A stretch of 27,777 bases of DNA, from positions 1-27,777 of IMG/VR virus record IMGVR_UViG_3300030095_006199. One strand, written 5' to 3'. The first letter of the stretch is position 1, and the number at the start of each line of letters is the position of its first letter. Below, piece by piece: positions 1 to 9,130 of this stretch. Source of the DNA: a virus (taxonomy: Duplodnaviria > Caudoviricetes). The notes beneath the pieces are model-generated. The model saw only the letters and a program-made list of their open reading frames with translations. It was not told the origin of the DNA and did not search any database. Position numbers and translations under genes: made by a program.

Positions 1-222
1 TTGCGTACCATCAGCAAGTTTAATTGCGTTAACACCTGCTTCTTGCATAAGCTCTGGTATTTTACGTTCCTGATAATCTTTGTATTTAGCTTTTTTGAGA
101 GAAAGAACTTCCTCAGCTTGGTCTATTTCATTCTCAAGTTTTTTCATTTCATTACAAGCATCCGAGATTGATTTCGTGCTTGCAGTATCAACTTCTAAAT
201 TTGAAAACTTTTCGATATCCAT
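1..222 (-). CDS. Partial phage protein (runs off left edge), coiled-coil, probably replication module
   Basis: Not in ORF track. Read by hand: ATG at 222, open to base 1, MDIEKFSNLEVDTASTKSISDACNEMKKLENEIDQAEEVLSLKKAKYKDYQERKIPELMQEAGVNAIKLADGTQ. Preceded by a promoter-like sequence. Confidence 0.8.
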   Translation of the reverse strand, partial: MDIEKFSNLEVDTASTKSISDACNEMKKLENEIDQAEEVLSLKKAKYKDYQERKIPELMQEAGVNAIKLADGTQ

Positions 223-233
223 ATCTAATTTGG

Positions 234-261
234 TTTATAGACTTTCTTCTTGCAAAGTCAA
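234..261 (-). promoter_or_regulatory. Sigma70-like promoter for leftward gene, with inverted repeat
   Basis: Minus strand TTGACT(261-256)-16 nt-TATAAA(239-234); GACTTT-N8-AAAGTC at 240-259. Confidence 0.5.
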
Positions 262-288
262 ATAGAAAAATATACAAGGTAATTGGAT

Positions 289-1722
289 ATGGCAGAATGG
301 AAATACCCCTATAAAACAAAACCTTATCAACACCAAAGACAAGCATTAGCCGAATCAGCTGATAGAACAACATATGCTTTATTTATGGAGATGGGTACGG
401 GTAAAACTAAAACCACAATAGACAACATTGGTTACCTTTATTTTAAAAAACGTATAGATTCAGCCCTTATTGTTGCACCTAAATCAGTATATACAGTTTG
501 GAAAAATGAAATTCAAATGCATTTACCCACAGAAATTGATAGATCTATTTTTGCATGGAAAGTTGATAAACCAAAACAATACAAAAAATTCTTAACAGAA
601 AAAAATAAATTGAAGTTTTTCTTAATTAATGTTGAAGCATTGTCTACAAAAAAGGGTTTAGATGAATGTAATAGATTTTTAGTTAACCAGCCAAATAATA
701 TAATGGTAATTGATGAATCCACGACCATAAAAAACCCAAAAGCCAAACGAACAAAAAACATTTTAGCGCTAAGATGGCGAGCCCGTAACAGGCGTATATT
801 AACAGGATCACCAGTAACAAAATCTCCATTAGATCTTTATACACAATGTGCCTTCCTTGATCCAGCGTTATTAGGATTTAAAAGTTTTTATGCATTCAGA
901 AATAGGTATTGTACCTTTGATGAGGTATATGTAGCAAGAGGAGAAGCTATTATGGTCCCTGATGGTTTTACAAATTTAGATGAACTCGAACAAAAACTTA
1001 AAGTTTTTTCTTTAAGAATAACCAAAGATGAATGTTTAGACATTCCTGACAAAGTTTATCAAAAAAGAGAAATAATAATTACAGGAGATCAAAAAAGAGT
1101 TTATGACAGATTAAGAATTGAAGCTTTAGCAAAGTTTGAAAATGAAACTATTTCTGTACATAACCAATTGACAGAACTTTTGAGGTTACATCAAGTTGCT
1201 AATGGTTATTGCAAAAGTGATGATGGTGAAATACTTCAATTCAATAATGAAAAGTTAAAAGCTATGATGGAAATTTTAGAAGAAACAGATCAAAAAGTAA
1301 TTATATGGGCGACTTATGTGCACAACATTCATGAAATAATTGGAGCTTTAAATGATAAGTATGGAAGTAAATCAGTAGTAGCAATATATGGAGAAGTTTC
1401 TCAACAAGATAGAATGAACGCTGTTGAACGTTTTCAAAATGATGATTCATGTAGGTTTTTCGTAGGTAATCCTACCACAGGTGGTTATGGTTTAACTTTA
1501 ACTGCAGCTAAATATGTTATTTATTATTCTAACAACTATAATTTAGAAGTACGTAAACAATCAGAAGATAGGGCTCATAGAATTGGTCAAACAAAAAATG
1601 TTGTTTATATAGATATTATGGCTAAAGACACAATCGATGAAAAAATTGTTCAAGCCTTGAAAAGAAAAAACCAACTATCTGCCAAGACTTTAGGAGATAA
1701 AGCAAAAGATTGGTTACTTTAA
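289..1722 (+). CDS. SNF2-family (SF2) helicase/ATPase
   Basis: Q-motif PYQHQ, Walker A MEMGTGKT, Walker B VIDES, motif III LTGSP, GGYGLTLT, QSEDRAHRIGQ. ATG 289 after AAGG preferred over TTG 283. Confidence 0.93.
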   Translation: MAEWKYPYKTKPYQHQRQALAESADRTTYALFMEMGTGKTKTTIDNIGYLYFKKRIDSALIVAPKSVYTVWKNEIQMHLPTEIDRSIFAWKVDKPKQYKKFLTEKNKLKFFLINVEALSTKKGLDECNRFLVNQPNNIMVIDESTTIKNPKAKRTKNILALRWRARNRRILTGSPVTKSPLDLYTQCAFLDPALLGFKSFYAFRNRYCTFDEVYVARGEAIMVPDGFTNLDELEQKLKVFSLRITKDECLDIPDKVYQKREIIITGDQKRVYDRLRIEALAKFENETISVHNQLTELLRLHQVANGYCKSDDGEILQFNNEKLKAMMEILEETDQKVIIWATYVHNIHEIIGALNDKYGSKSVVAIYGEVSQQDRMNAVERFQNDDSCRFFVGNPTTGGYGLTLTAAKYVIYYSNNYNLEVRKQSEDRAHRIGQTKNVVYIDIMAKDTIDEKIVQALKRKNQLSAKTLGDKAKDWLL

Positions 1723-2393
1723 CCTTTTTTTATTGCTTTTTTATAAGTTTCTAGTCTTTCGATAAATTTTTCTGCATATTCGTGTAGCACAGGCTCTGAG
1801 AGCTTAAATTCTTGATATTGTAGGTCTCGGGTCGCGATAGCTACTACCCCCTGCTCTATGGGCCCGTAATGCGTTTTATGGGCTAAATAATAGGCACCCA
1901 ACTGACATTTATAGTCTTCTATCCATTCTTCTCGCTTTGGCTTGTTAGATTGTTTAAAATCAACTATTGAGGGCTTACCGTACGCCATAGCTACTAAATC
2001 CGTAGTCCCTGCATATTCTTGTTTATAAGCTAATGAAACCTCATTGCCCCATACTTCATCTATGACTAAAGAGTCTTTTATAACTTCAGCCATCTTTCTA
2101 GGCCTAATACCTGCTTCAGTTTCATTATAATATTTTTCACCATTGTAGTAAAATTCTAAGACTCTATGCATTTCAGTTCCGACACTGGAGGCATTGTTCA
2201 TAATTCTGTCAGCCTCTGCATTACCTACTCTTCTACGCCAGTCATCTAAATGTTTTCTATCTTTAGTTGCAGAAAGAATTGTAGTTACACTTGGTACAGG
2301 TGATTCATTTACTAAATACTTTCGTCCTGTTTCTGATTGAAATCTGTTATGTTTTTTGTAAGGATATTTTTTGTTTATTTTTATTAGTGACAT
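1719..2393 (-). CDS. PD-(D/E)XK exonuclease (phage exonuclease/MGME1-like)
   Basis: PSVTTIL, GTEMH, EVSL, YAGTTDLV, IVDFKQS, QLGAY motifs. Confidence 0.88.
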   Translation of the reverse strand: MSLIKINKKYPYKKHNRFQSETGRKYLVNESPVPSVTTILSATKDRKHLDDWRRRVGNAEADRIMNNASSVGTEMHRVLEFYYNGEKYYNETEAGIRPRKMAEVIKDSLVIDEVWGNEVSLAYKQEYAGTTDLVAMAYGKPSIVDFKQSNKPKREEWIEDYKCQLGAYYLAHKTHYGPIEQGVVAIATRDLQYQEFKLSEPVLHEYAEKFIERLETYKKAIKKG

Positions 2394-2397
2394 TACA

Positions 2398-2598
2398 CTA
2401 ATTAGCTAATAAATTTACCAAAGTCAAAATAATTGCACCCATTCCACTAACTAATGCAATAAAAAACCAGTTAATTTTTTGCCTCATATCATCAAGGCCT
2501 TTATGCATATGATCCTGTGTTTTTTTCAAACCCGTTATATGTCCGTACAAAGCTATAATATGTTCACCAGTTGTCTTTGGATTTTTTCCGTTAGCCAC
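2398..2598 (-). CDS. Small protein, coiled coil plus C-terminal transmembrane helix (holin/XhlA-like architecture)
   Basis: 66 aa; hydrophobic tail WFFIALVSGMGAIILTLVNLL; start overlaps end of upstream gene. Confidence 0.7.
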   Translation of the reverse strand: MANGKNPKTTGEHIIALYGHITGLKKTQDHMHKGLDDMRQKINWFFIALVSGMGAIILTLVNLLAN

Positions 2599-5500
2599 GT
2601 GTCTGTCTCCTTTGTGCTATAGCTGCTGCTGTTGTATCAAATGGAAATAATGTTTGCACTTGTTCTGCAGTGACTTGATTTTGTGGTGTTTGTGGAACTT
2701 GTGGTGCTTGTTGACCAAAAGCAGGTTGTAATTGTAGATCATCTGTAATGCTTGGATCATCCGCTTCTCGATCCCTTTCTCTTTGATCAGCTTCCTGTTC
2801 TTCCACTGATTGAACTGCTTGTTCAAGATATGCAACCATGTCATTGTCTTCACTTATATTACCTGAAGAATTAGTAAAATCACCAGCAAACATCGTTTCT
2901 ACAATTGGTGCTGGTAAGTTTTCGTCTTCAAATTTCGGTTGTGGTATTTGATATGACAACTCTTCCATCTTTTTTTGTAACTCTTCCATAGTTACATTAT
3001 TTAAATCTATGTCTGGTAGATCAATGTCTTTATCTTTAAAATAATTGTAAAATCTTGCAAACAATTCTCTTTTTCTTAAAGGGTTAGCAGTTCTTAATCT
3101 TGGAGGTATAGGAACCCTTGTATCAAAACCCACTGTTTTTCCTTTAAGTGCTCTTATAGTTTCATCAGGTAACAAAGCATCATTTAAGTATCTTAAACCA
3201 ACTGGATCAGTTAATATTTGTCCAAATCTTCTAGCAAGTATTGTAAATATCACTGGAGCTAATGGATTACCTGTAAACATACCACCACCAATTAACAACC
3301 CACCAACAATACCTCTTGCACCTGTTAAGGTAAATCTTCTCTGTAAGAATGTAGATGCGTCTGAGACTGGTACATCAGATATAGATTTCATATAGTTTGT
3401 GAATTTGTAAAACTCATTTGTTCCTTCATTTCCTAAAAGAGCTGCCATTTTTTCTCTTCCTACATCACCTGTTGCTTTTCCAATTCCTAATTTGTTCATA
3501 AATTTACCAATGTCGAATTGAGCAAAATCATCAGGCGAAAATCTTAAATCTTTAACATCAAATATACCGTTACCTTTTTTCACATCCTCAATAGAAAAAC
3601 CTCTTCTTTTATAAATGGAATTTACACCTAATCTAGAAACTACATCCTGCGCGTATTCATTCCCTGATTTAACAAAAGGCGCTGAATCAATTACTTCTCT
3701 AAAAATAGATTTTGCTTGCGGATCTGTTGTAAATGAGTCTAAAAATGTATTAAACATGTATCTTGCTTTTGTAGCTTCAAATAAAACTTTTCCGTTTTTA
3801 GTAGCGTCTGTACCCATTGCGCCAATCAAAATTTTAAAATTATCAATTGCTTCAGGAGTACCAAATTGAAATACATCTTTTTCCATAGCATCAAAAATTA
3901 ATTCTCTTGATTTCGAACCACCACCAACAAAACCAAAAGTAGCTTTGTTAGTAAATAAATTTTTGTCAAATCTTCTTAAAGATTGCGTTAGTGGTTTTGC
4001 AGTGCCTTCATACAATTGTAAAATATGATGAAAAGTTTGATTTGCTGTGTATAGTTTCTCTCTTAAAGTTTCACCAGCTGCAATTTTTGCGGCTAAATCT
4101 TTTTCAGCTAATTCTTTACTTGTAGCTGCAAACCCATCGTAAGTCGCTTTAATACCTGCATCACTTAAAAATGTTCCTTTAGTTAAATTAGAACCAAAAG
4201 CAGCAAAATCATTTTCTAAAGCTTCTCTTATTGCAAAAATTGATCTCTGTGCTGTTTCAAGATTTGTCTCTCTTAAAGCTTGGTTAAGCATTTGAATGAC
4301 ACCCTTATACTCAGTAGGCCTTATTAAATTGTCTCCAACAGCTCCCATTGCATCATAAAATAAATTTAAAGAATCACCTGATCCTTTCAAAACTTCATCA
4401 ATCGTTTTACTTGCCATTGAACGTGATGTGTCTGGAAAAGAGCCTATTAATGATTGTTGTAATTCTCTTGCTTTATTAACAGTTTGCTCTAACTTAATAA
4501 CTTTAGGATCACCAGCTGTCTTAGCTGCTGCATCAAATGCATCGTATTTTGCCCCTATCAAAGCTATGTTTTTATCAAACACTTTTTTAACTTGATTATA
4601 AACTGAGTGAGACAAAGCACTTGTTTTCATTAAAGGCGCATATGAAGTAATATTGTTTAAGAATTGTCTTCCTGCAGTTTGCTCTGCTTGTTGAAAAGCT
4701 TTTTCAGCTACATCCCCAACAAATGGAAATACACCTATTGTTTTAAAATATTTTTTACCTAAACTTGAAAATGGACCACCATCCATAGCCTGAATCAAAG
4801 GTATTGGTAAACCCTTTTCTTTTGTGAACTCAGCTAATTCCTTTTGTTTTGGACCTCTTGTTCCAAACAAATAATTACCTAATCTACCAAATGAACCTCT
4901 TAAAAATGGAGATAATAATGCAGCTCCTGCATTCCATTTAAAAGCAGAATTCATTTCATTCAACGCGTTCAAAGTTATGTCTGCTTCTATTTCTTCAGGT
5001 TTTAAATCTGAAAATGCATCAGTTATTTGAGAAGATAAAAATACACCAGCTTGTTCATTAAGCATGTCATAGGTTACAGATCCTGCTCCCGCACCAGCTG
5101 TACCACCTAAAACAGAAAAAACTTCAGCTTTACCTAATGGACTTTTTAAAACTTTAGCAGGAACATCTGCAGCTCTACCAAATAATCTTAAGGCACCTCC
5201 TAAAATTTTTAATCTTCCAGGTAATTTATTAGCTACTGCGTTCATTATATTACCAACTCTACCAGGGCCTCGCTTCCATAAATTGCCTGATTTGGCTGCA
5301 CCATAAATTTGTTTTCTCATGGAATAAAATGGAACTAATGACCCTGTAAGATCTCCAGCTAATACAGCAGTTGGTCTACCTTTAAAAAAAGAATCTTCCG
5401 CAGCTAATGCCATGCCCATAGGATCTTGTGTAAAAGCTTTTTCCCTAGCTACCTCAGCAGTGGCTATTTCTCTTTTTTGAGATAATTCAGACATCGTAGG

Positions 5501-5620
5501 ACCTGTTAATCTACCCCTATTAATTAATTCATCTATAATTAATTTTTGTTCTTCTGTTAAAGAATTAGGATCAAGAGTATTATTGTCTAATTTTTTTTGT
5601 ATTTCATCTATTGTGCTCAT
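2591..5620 (-). CDS. Large internal virion / DNA ejection protein
   Basis: 1009 aa, Ala/Gly-rich amphipathic segments, hydrophobic stretch near C-terminus, no Cys; last of a run of ejection-type genes. Function inferred from position and composition. Confidence 0.7.
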   Translation of the reverse strand: MSTIDEIQKKLDNNTLDPNSLTEEQKLIIDELINRGRLTGPTMSELSQKREIATAEVAREKAFTQDPMGMALAAEDSFFKGRPTAVLAGDLTGSLVPFYSMRKQIYGAAKSGNLWKRGPGRVGNIMNAVANKLPGRLKILGGALRLFGRAADVPAKVLKSPLGKAEVFSVLGGTAGAGAGSVTYDMLNEQAGVFLSSQITDAFSDLKPEEIEADITLNALNEMNSAFKWNAGAALLSPFLRGSFGRLGNYLFGTRGPKQKELAEFTKEKGLPIPLIQAMDGGPFSSLGKKYFKTIGVFPFVGDVAEKAFQQAEQTAGRQFLNNITSYAPLMKTSALSHSVYNQVKKVFDKNIALIGAKYDAFDAAAKTAGDPKVIKLEQTVNKARELQQSLIGSFPDTSRSMASKTIDEVLKGSGDSLNLFYDAMGAVGDNLIRPTEYKGVIQMLNQALRETNLETAQRSIFAIREALENDFAAFGSNLTKGTFLSDAGIKATYDGFAATSKELAEKDLAAKIAAGETLREKLYTANQTFHHILQLYEGTAKPLTQSLRRFDKNLFTNKATFGFVGGGSKSRELIFDAMEKDVFQFGTPEAIDNFKILIGAMGTDATKNGKVLFEATKARYMFNTFLDSFTTDPQAKSIFREVIDSAPFVKSGNEYAQDVVSRLGVNSIYKRRGFSIEDVKKGNGIFDVKDLRFSPDDFAQFDIGKFMNKLGIGKATGDVGREKMAALLGNEGTNEFYKFTNYMKSISDVPVSDASTFLQRRFTLTGARGIVGGLLIGGGMFTGNPLAPVIFTILARRFGQILTDPVGLRYLNDALLPDETIRALKGKTVGFDTRVPIPPRLRTANPLRKRELFARFYNYFKDKDIDLPDIDLNNVTMEELQKKMEELSYQIPQPKFEDENLPAPIVETMFAGDFTNSSGNISEDNDMVAYLEQAVQSVEEQEADQRERDREADDPSITDDLQLQPAFGQQAPQVPQTPQNQVTAEQVQTLFPFDTTAAAIAQRRQTRG

Positions 5621-5625
5621 GTATT

Positions 5626-7815
5626 TTACCCAAATAAATTTGTGCCAAGTCTTTGTTCTAACTCCTCTTCAGATAAACCTTGAATTGCTTTTTTTCTATC
5701 TTCAAGTTGTTTAAACATAAATGGACTTATATTTTGTTCTGTTGAATTTGGTGGTATCAAACCTGCATCTATTCTTTCATTAATTAAATATTCTGTTGCT
5801 CCACCTGCTTCTAAATAAGTTTTTTCTTTTTCTCTTATATCATCCATAATAGTTTCACTTACAGCTATTAAAGAAGAAATAACAGAAGCTTCACCTCTGA
5901 ATGCAGGGAAGACTTTTACAAGTTCTTTAGCCATTTGAATATCTTTTTGTGTTAATCTGTCTTTTGATTTTAATGAGTTTGCTAATCTGTAAACTAAAAC
6001 TGTTTCATTAATCGCTAATCTTTCATAATCTAATTTACTGCCGTCTTTAACTCTACCTTTTATTGATCTTAGATTTTTGTTGTAAATAGTATTAAAAGAT
6101 CCGAATTGTTTTTTTAAATAGTTTCTAGCATCAGTTATATTATCAAACTCACCTGAATTAACTAATCGTTTAGCTGCTTTTAACTGTTCAGCTTTAAAAG
6201 ATATTTGTCCTGCCGTTTTATCTTGAGATTTTTTATAGTCAAATATATCACCAAGCGCATCACCCACACGACCTGAGTATAATCCGAATAAACCTGTTAC
6301 ACCTGCTTGTGCATCACCTTTTTCAATAATACCTAAACTTCTATTAATAAGTTTTAAAGCACCATACTTACCAGCAAGATCTTTTGATATATCAAGTGTT
6401 TCTTTATTTGCATCATCATTTTTAATAAATTTAGCGTTTGCAGGAACAGTTCTATATTCAGAAATACCATTAACAATTCTACCTGTAGCTATCTGTTTTG
6501 TCCCATCTTTTAAAACTCTACCAGCAGTATTAACGACAACACCGTTTGGATTTCTAAATTGTACAACACCAATATCTTTTGTTTCAGGTAATGCTGCAGC
6601 ATCGTTTTGAGCTTTTAAATGGTTAAGAGAAAAATTTAATGCTCTTTCTAACATTCGATCATCCAACTCATCTTCTTTCATTTTTACCATTACTGAATTA
6701 TTAACCGCTGGTCCAAGTGCTTGACCGAAAACTTCTAAAGCACCTCCTAAACCACTCTTACTTGTAGTTCCTGACATTAAACCCGCAGCTAAAGTTGATA
6801 AGAAAACAGCTCTTGAATTTGATGTTCTTCCTTGTGTCATTTCTGCTTGTATCTCTCTGGCTAATTGCAATTGTTCTGATAATCTACTTTTCATTGCAGA
6901 TTTAACATCTATATCCTTTTCCTTGTCTCCAGGTTTTTCAACCGTTTCTATTGGTGTTTCTGGTGGTGTTATGAATGGATCTTCTCCAATAAATTGAGCA
7001 GGATCCCCAACCATATCCACATTTGGTTCTTCAGATGTTTGTGTAGCTGATGCCGTTTGTACAGGAACAGTAGTTTTTAAAATCTCACCTCTTTTATTTT
7101 TAGTTACTTTATCTAAATCAACAACTTTAGTTTTACCTACTTGTGTTTCATTTTCAGGTGCAGTCAATACATCAGGTTGTACTATTCCCATTTCTGATCC
7201 CTCTGCTTGTACAAGTTTTTTTCTTTCTTCAATGGCTTTTTTCTTTGCTCCTCTACCTCTAGGTTGAGTTGGATCAATAGGTCCAAACAATCCTAATGGC
7301 TGTCCTAAATTAGGTGTTAGTTTTGCAGTCGTAGTTCCAATAGGTTGATTTCTTAAATAATCTGATGCACCTAAAACTCCTCTTGTGGCCAAAGCGCCTA
7401 ACCCCACAGCTCTACCCATAGGAGTTAAAGTTAATAAACCACCTATACCGTAATCTATCAAACCAGAATAAGGACTATCATCAGCAATACCAAGTTTTCT
7501 TCTACCTGCACCAATGATAGGTGCTAAACCTTCTACTCCTAAGAAAGCAGCTGTGCCTGCCCCAGGCGTAAATCTCCCTACTTTTGGATTAAAAAACTGA
7601 CCAGGTCTTTGTGCAAAAGATTTTATATCTCCTACTGCTCTTTTAAATATGTTTGGTCTAACAGCTGGTACAGGTGTTCTAGGATTTAAAGGACTAGCAA
7701 CATTCATAACAGGTCCAATCATTTTACCTATTCTTGCTTGAATAGGTTTTAATGCGCCTTTCTTCAAAGCTTGTTGCCTGAATAGTGGTCTGTTAAGAAC
7801 TGCGTTTAGGGACAT
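5626..7815 (-). CDS. Internal virion / ejection protein
   Basis: 729 aa, no Cys, Gly-rich hydrophobic N-terminal part, acidic Pro/Thr linker, helical C-terminus. Confidence 0.65.
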   Translation of the reverse strand: MSLNAVLNRPLFRQQALKKGALKPIQARIGKMIGPVMNVASPLNPRTPVPAVRPNIFKRAVGDIKSFAQRPGQFFNPKVGRFTPGAGTAAFLGVEGLAPIIGAGRRKLGIADDSPYSGLIDYGIGGLLTLTPMGRAVGLGALATRGVLGASDYLRNQPIGTTTAKLTPNLGQPLGLFGPIDPTQPRGRGAKKKAIEERKKLVQAEGSEMGIVQPDVLTAPENETQVGKTKVVDLDKVTKNKRGEILKTTVPVQTASATQTSEEPNVDMVGDPAQFIGEDPFITPPETPIETVEKPGDKEKDIDVKSAMKSRLSEQLQLAREIQAEMTQGRTSNSRAVFLSTLAAGLMSGTTSKSGLGGALEVFGQALGPAVNNSVMVKMKEDELDDRMLERALNFSLNHLKAQNDAAALPETKDIGVVQFRNPNGVVVNTAGRVLKDGTKQIATGRIVNGISEYRTVPANAKFIKNDDANKETLDISKDLAGKYGALKLINRSLGIIEKGDAQAGVTGLFGLYSGRVGDALGDIFDYKKSQDKTAGQISFKAEQLKAAKRLVNSGEFDNITDARNYLKKQFGSFNTIYNKNLRSIKGRVKDGSKLDYERLAINETVLVYRLANSLKSKDRLTQKDIQMAKELVKVFPAFRGEASVISSLIAVSETIMDDIREKEKTYLEAGGATEYLINERIDAGLIPPNSTEQNISPFMFKQLEDRKKAIQGLSEEELEQRLGTNLFG

Positions 7816-8675
7816 TATCTCCCTCCCTGCATACCTTGGAATGCTTGGAATGCTCCTATACCAGTGCCTATTGATTGAGCTAATGGACTGGTTTGCGGTT
7901 GTGTTGATGCAGCAAGAGTTGATTGTGATTTCGGACCAGCAGCATAAAGATTAGATAAAAATTCAGCTCTTTGGTATGGCTCGTAAGCTGTTTGTAATTG
8001 TGATTGTCTAGATGCGTCTAATGTATTTTGAGCTAGCTGTCGTTGTACTCCACCTGCTGACATTAATTGTTGAATATCAGCTTGTGCCATTTGTTGTTGG
8101 CCTGCACCTATGTTAGCTAATTGTTGCCCGATCATTCCTTGCATTTGTTGTTGGTTTTGTGCAGCTGATAAAGCTGTTCCAAAACCTTTTTGTTGAGCTA
8201 ATCCAACTTGACCTAATCTTGCTCTTTCTAATTCTGCCTGTGCAATTCCTTCTCTACCTCCACCAAATGCTCCAGACATTACAGCGTTTGCTGACAGTTG
8301 ATTTTGTGCTTGTGCAGCTTGTCTATTAATTTCATCAACCACGTATGATTGATAAGGATTAAAAAATTGATTTATGTTTGGAGTTTGAGCTGCAAGTAAT
8401 TGTCCAATGCCTGATGTTACTGTTGGCTGACCCACTCCTGTTGTTCCTGCAGCAGTAAGTCCTTGTTGTTCTAATGCACCAAATGGAGCAACACCAATAG
8501 CAGGTATTTTTACAGGTTGTCCCGCAACACCACGGGCTAAATCCATTAATTCTATTTTACGTTCTTCTATCCCAGGAGCTTCTCTAATAATAGAAGTTTG
8601 CATTCCTGTTCCACCTGATGGTGCAGGTGCAGAACTTTTTCCCCCTCCAAAAACACTTGATATTATTGATCCCAT
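7815..8675 (-). CDS. Gln/Ala/Gly-rich DNA pilot (ejection) protein
   Basis: MGSIISSVFGGG start, NPYQSYVVD, GAFGGGR, Gln-rich helices, Gly-rich hydrophobic C-terminus. Confidence 0.7.
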   Translation of the reverse strand: MGSIISSVFGGGKSSAPAPSGGTGMQTSIIREAPGIEERKIELMDLARGVAGQPVKIPAIGVAPFGALEQQGLTAAGTTGVGQPTVTSGIGQLLAAQTPNINQFFNPYQSYVVDEINRQAAQAQNQLSANAVMSGAFGGGREGIAQAELERARLGQVGLAQQKGFGTALSAAQNQQQMQGMIGQQLANIGAGQQQMAQADIQQLMSAGGVQRQLAQNTLDASRQSQLQTAYEPYQRAEFLSNLYAAGPKSQSTLAASTQPQTSPLAQSIGTGIGAFQAFQGMQGGR

Positions 8676-9130
8676 TAAACTTCTCTTTCCATTTGAATAT
8701 GTTTAGCTTTCCAACCCCATTTTTTTGAAATTCTTGCCCAACCAGGCCTCACCCAAAAACTTAATTTTTTGCATCCATTCAGTTTAGCAAATTTTGTAAC
8801 AGTATTCACTAGCTTGTCCTCCCATAAATGCCTCTTTCTTCCCGTACAAATAATGGCTTCAAGTTGATTGTAGTTAGGTAAAGCAGCAATTCGAGTTACA
8901 AATAATGCAAAGACTTGGTTTAATTCTTCTTCGTCACTACCAAATACAAGAAACATTTGTGCTTCGTCTTTTTTGAGTAATTCTTTTATATCCTTAGGTT
9001 CAGCAAAAGCACCTGAATACTTTAAGGCTTCTGCAATCATAAAATCACATAAAGGCCAAAACTTATCTATAAATTTTGGTTCAACTGATAAAACAGATAT
9101 GTCAGGTTTAATTGGCTTTGGCTTGTGCAT
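8675..9130 (-). CDS. Virion-assembly protein, possible GNAT-like fold
   Basis: 151 aa with FAKLNGCKKL...RPGWAR; lies before ejection genes, analogous in position to T7 gp13 (inference). Confidence 0.55.
   Translation of the reverse strand: MHKPKPIKPDISVLSVEPKFIDKFWPLCDFMIAEALKYSGAFAEPKDIKELLKKDEAQMFLVFGSDEEELNQVFALFVTRIAALPNYNQLEAIICTGRKRHLWEDKLVNTVTKFAKLNGCKKLSFWVRPGWARISKKWGWKAKHIQMEREV

Noticed and set aside
80-761. ORFs 80..265(+), 188..373(-), 513..761(-)
   Set aside because: They overlap the better-supported leftward gene and helicase, and show no motifs.
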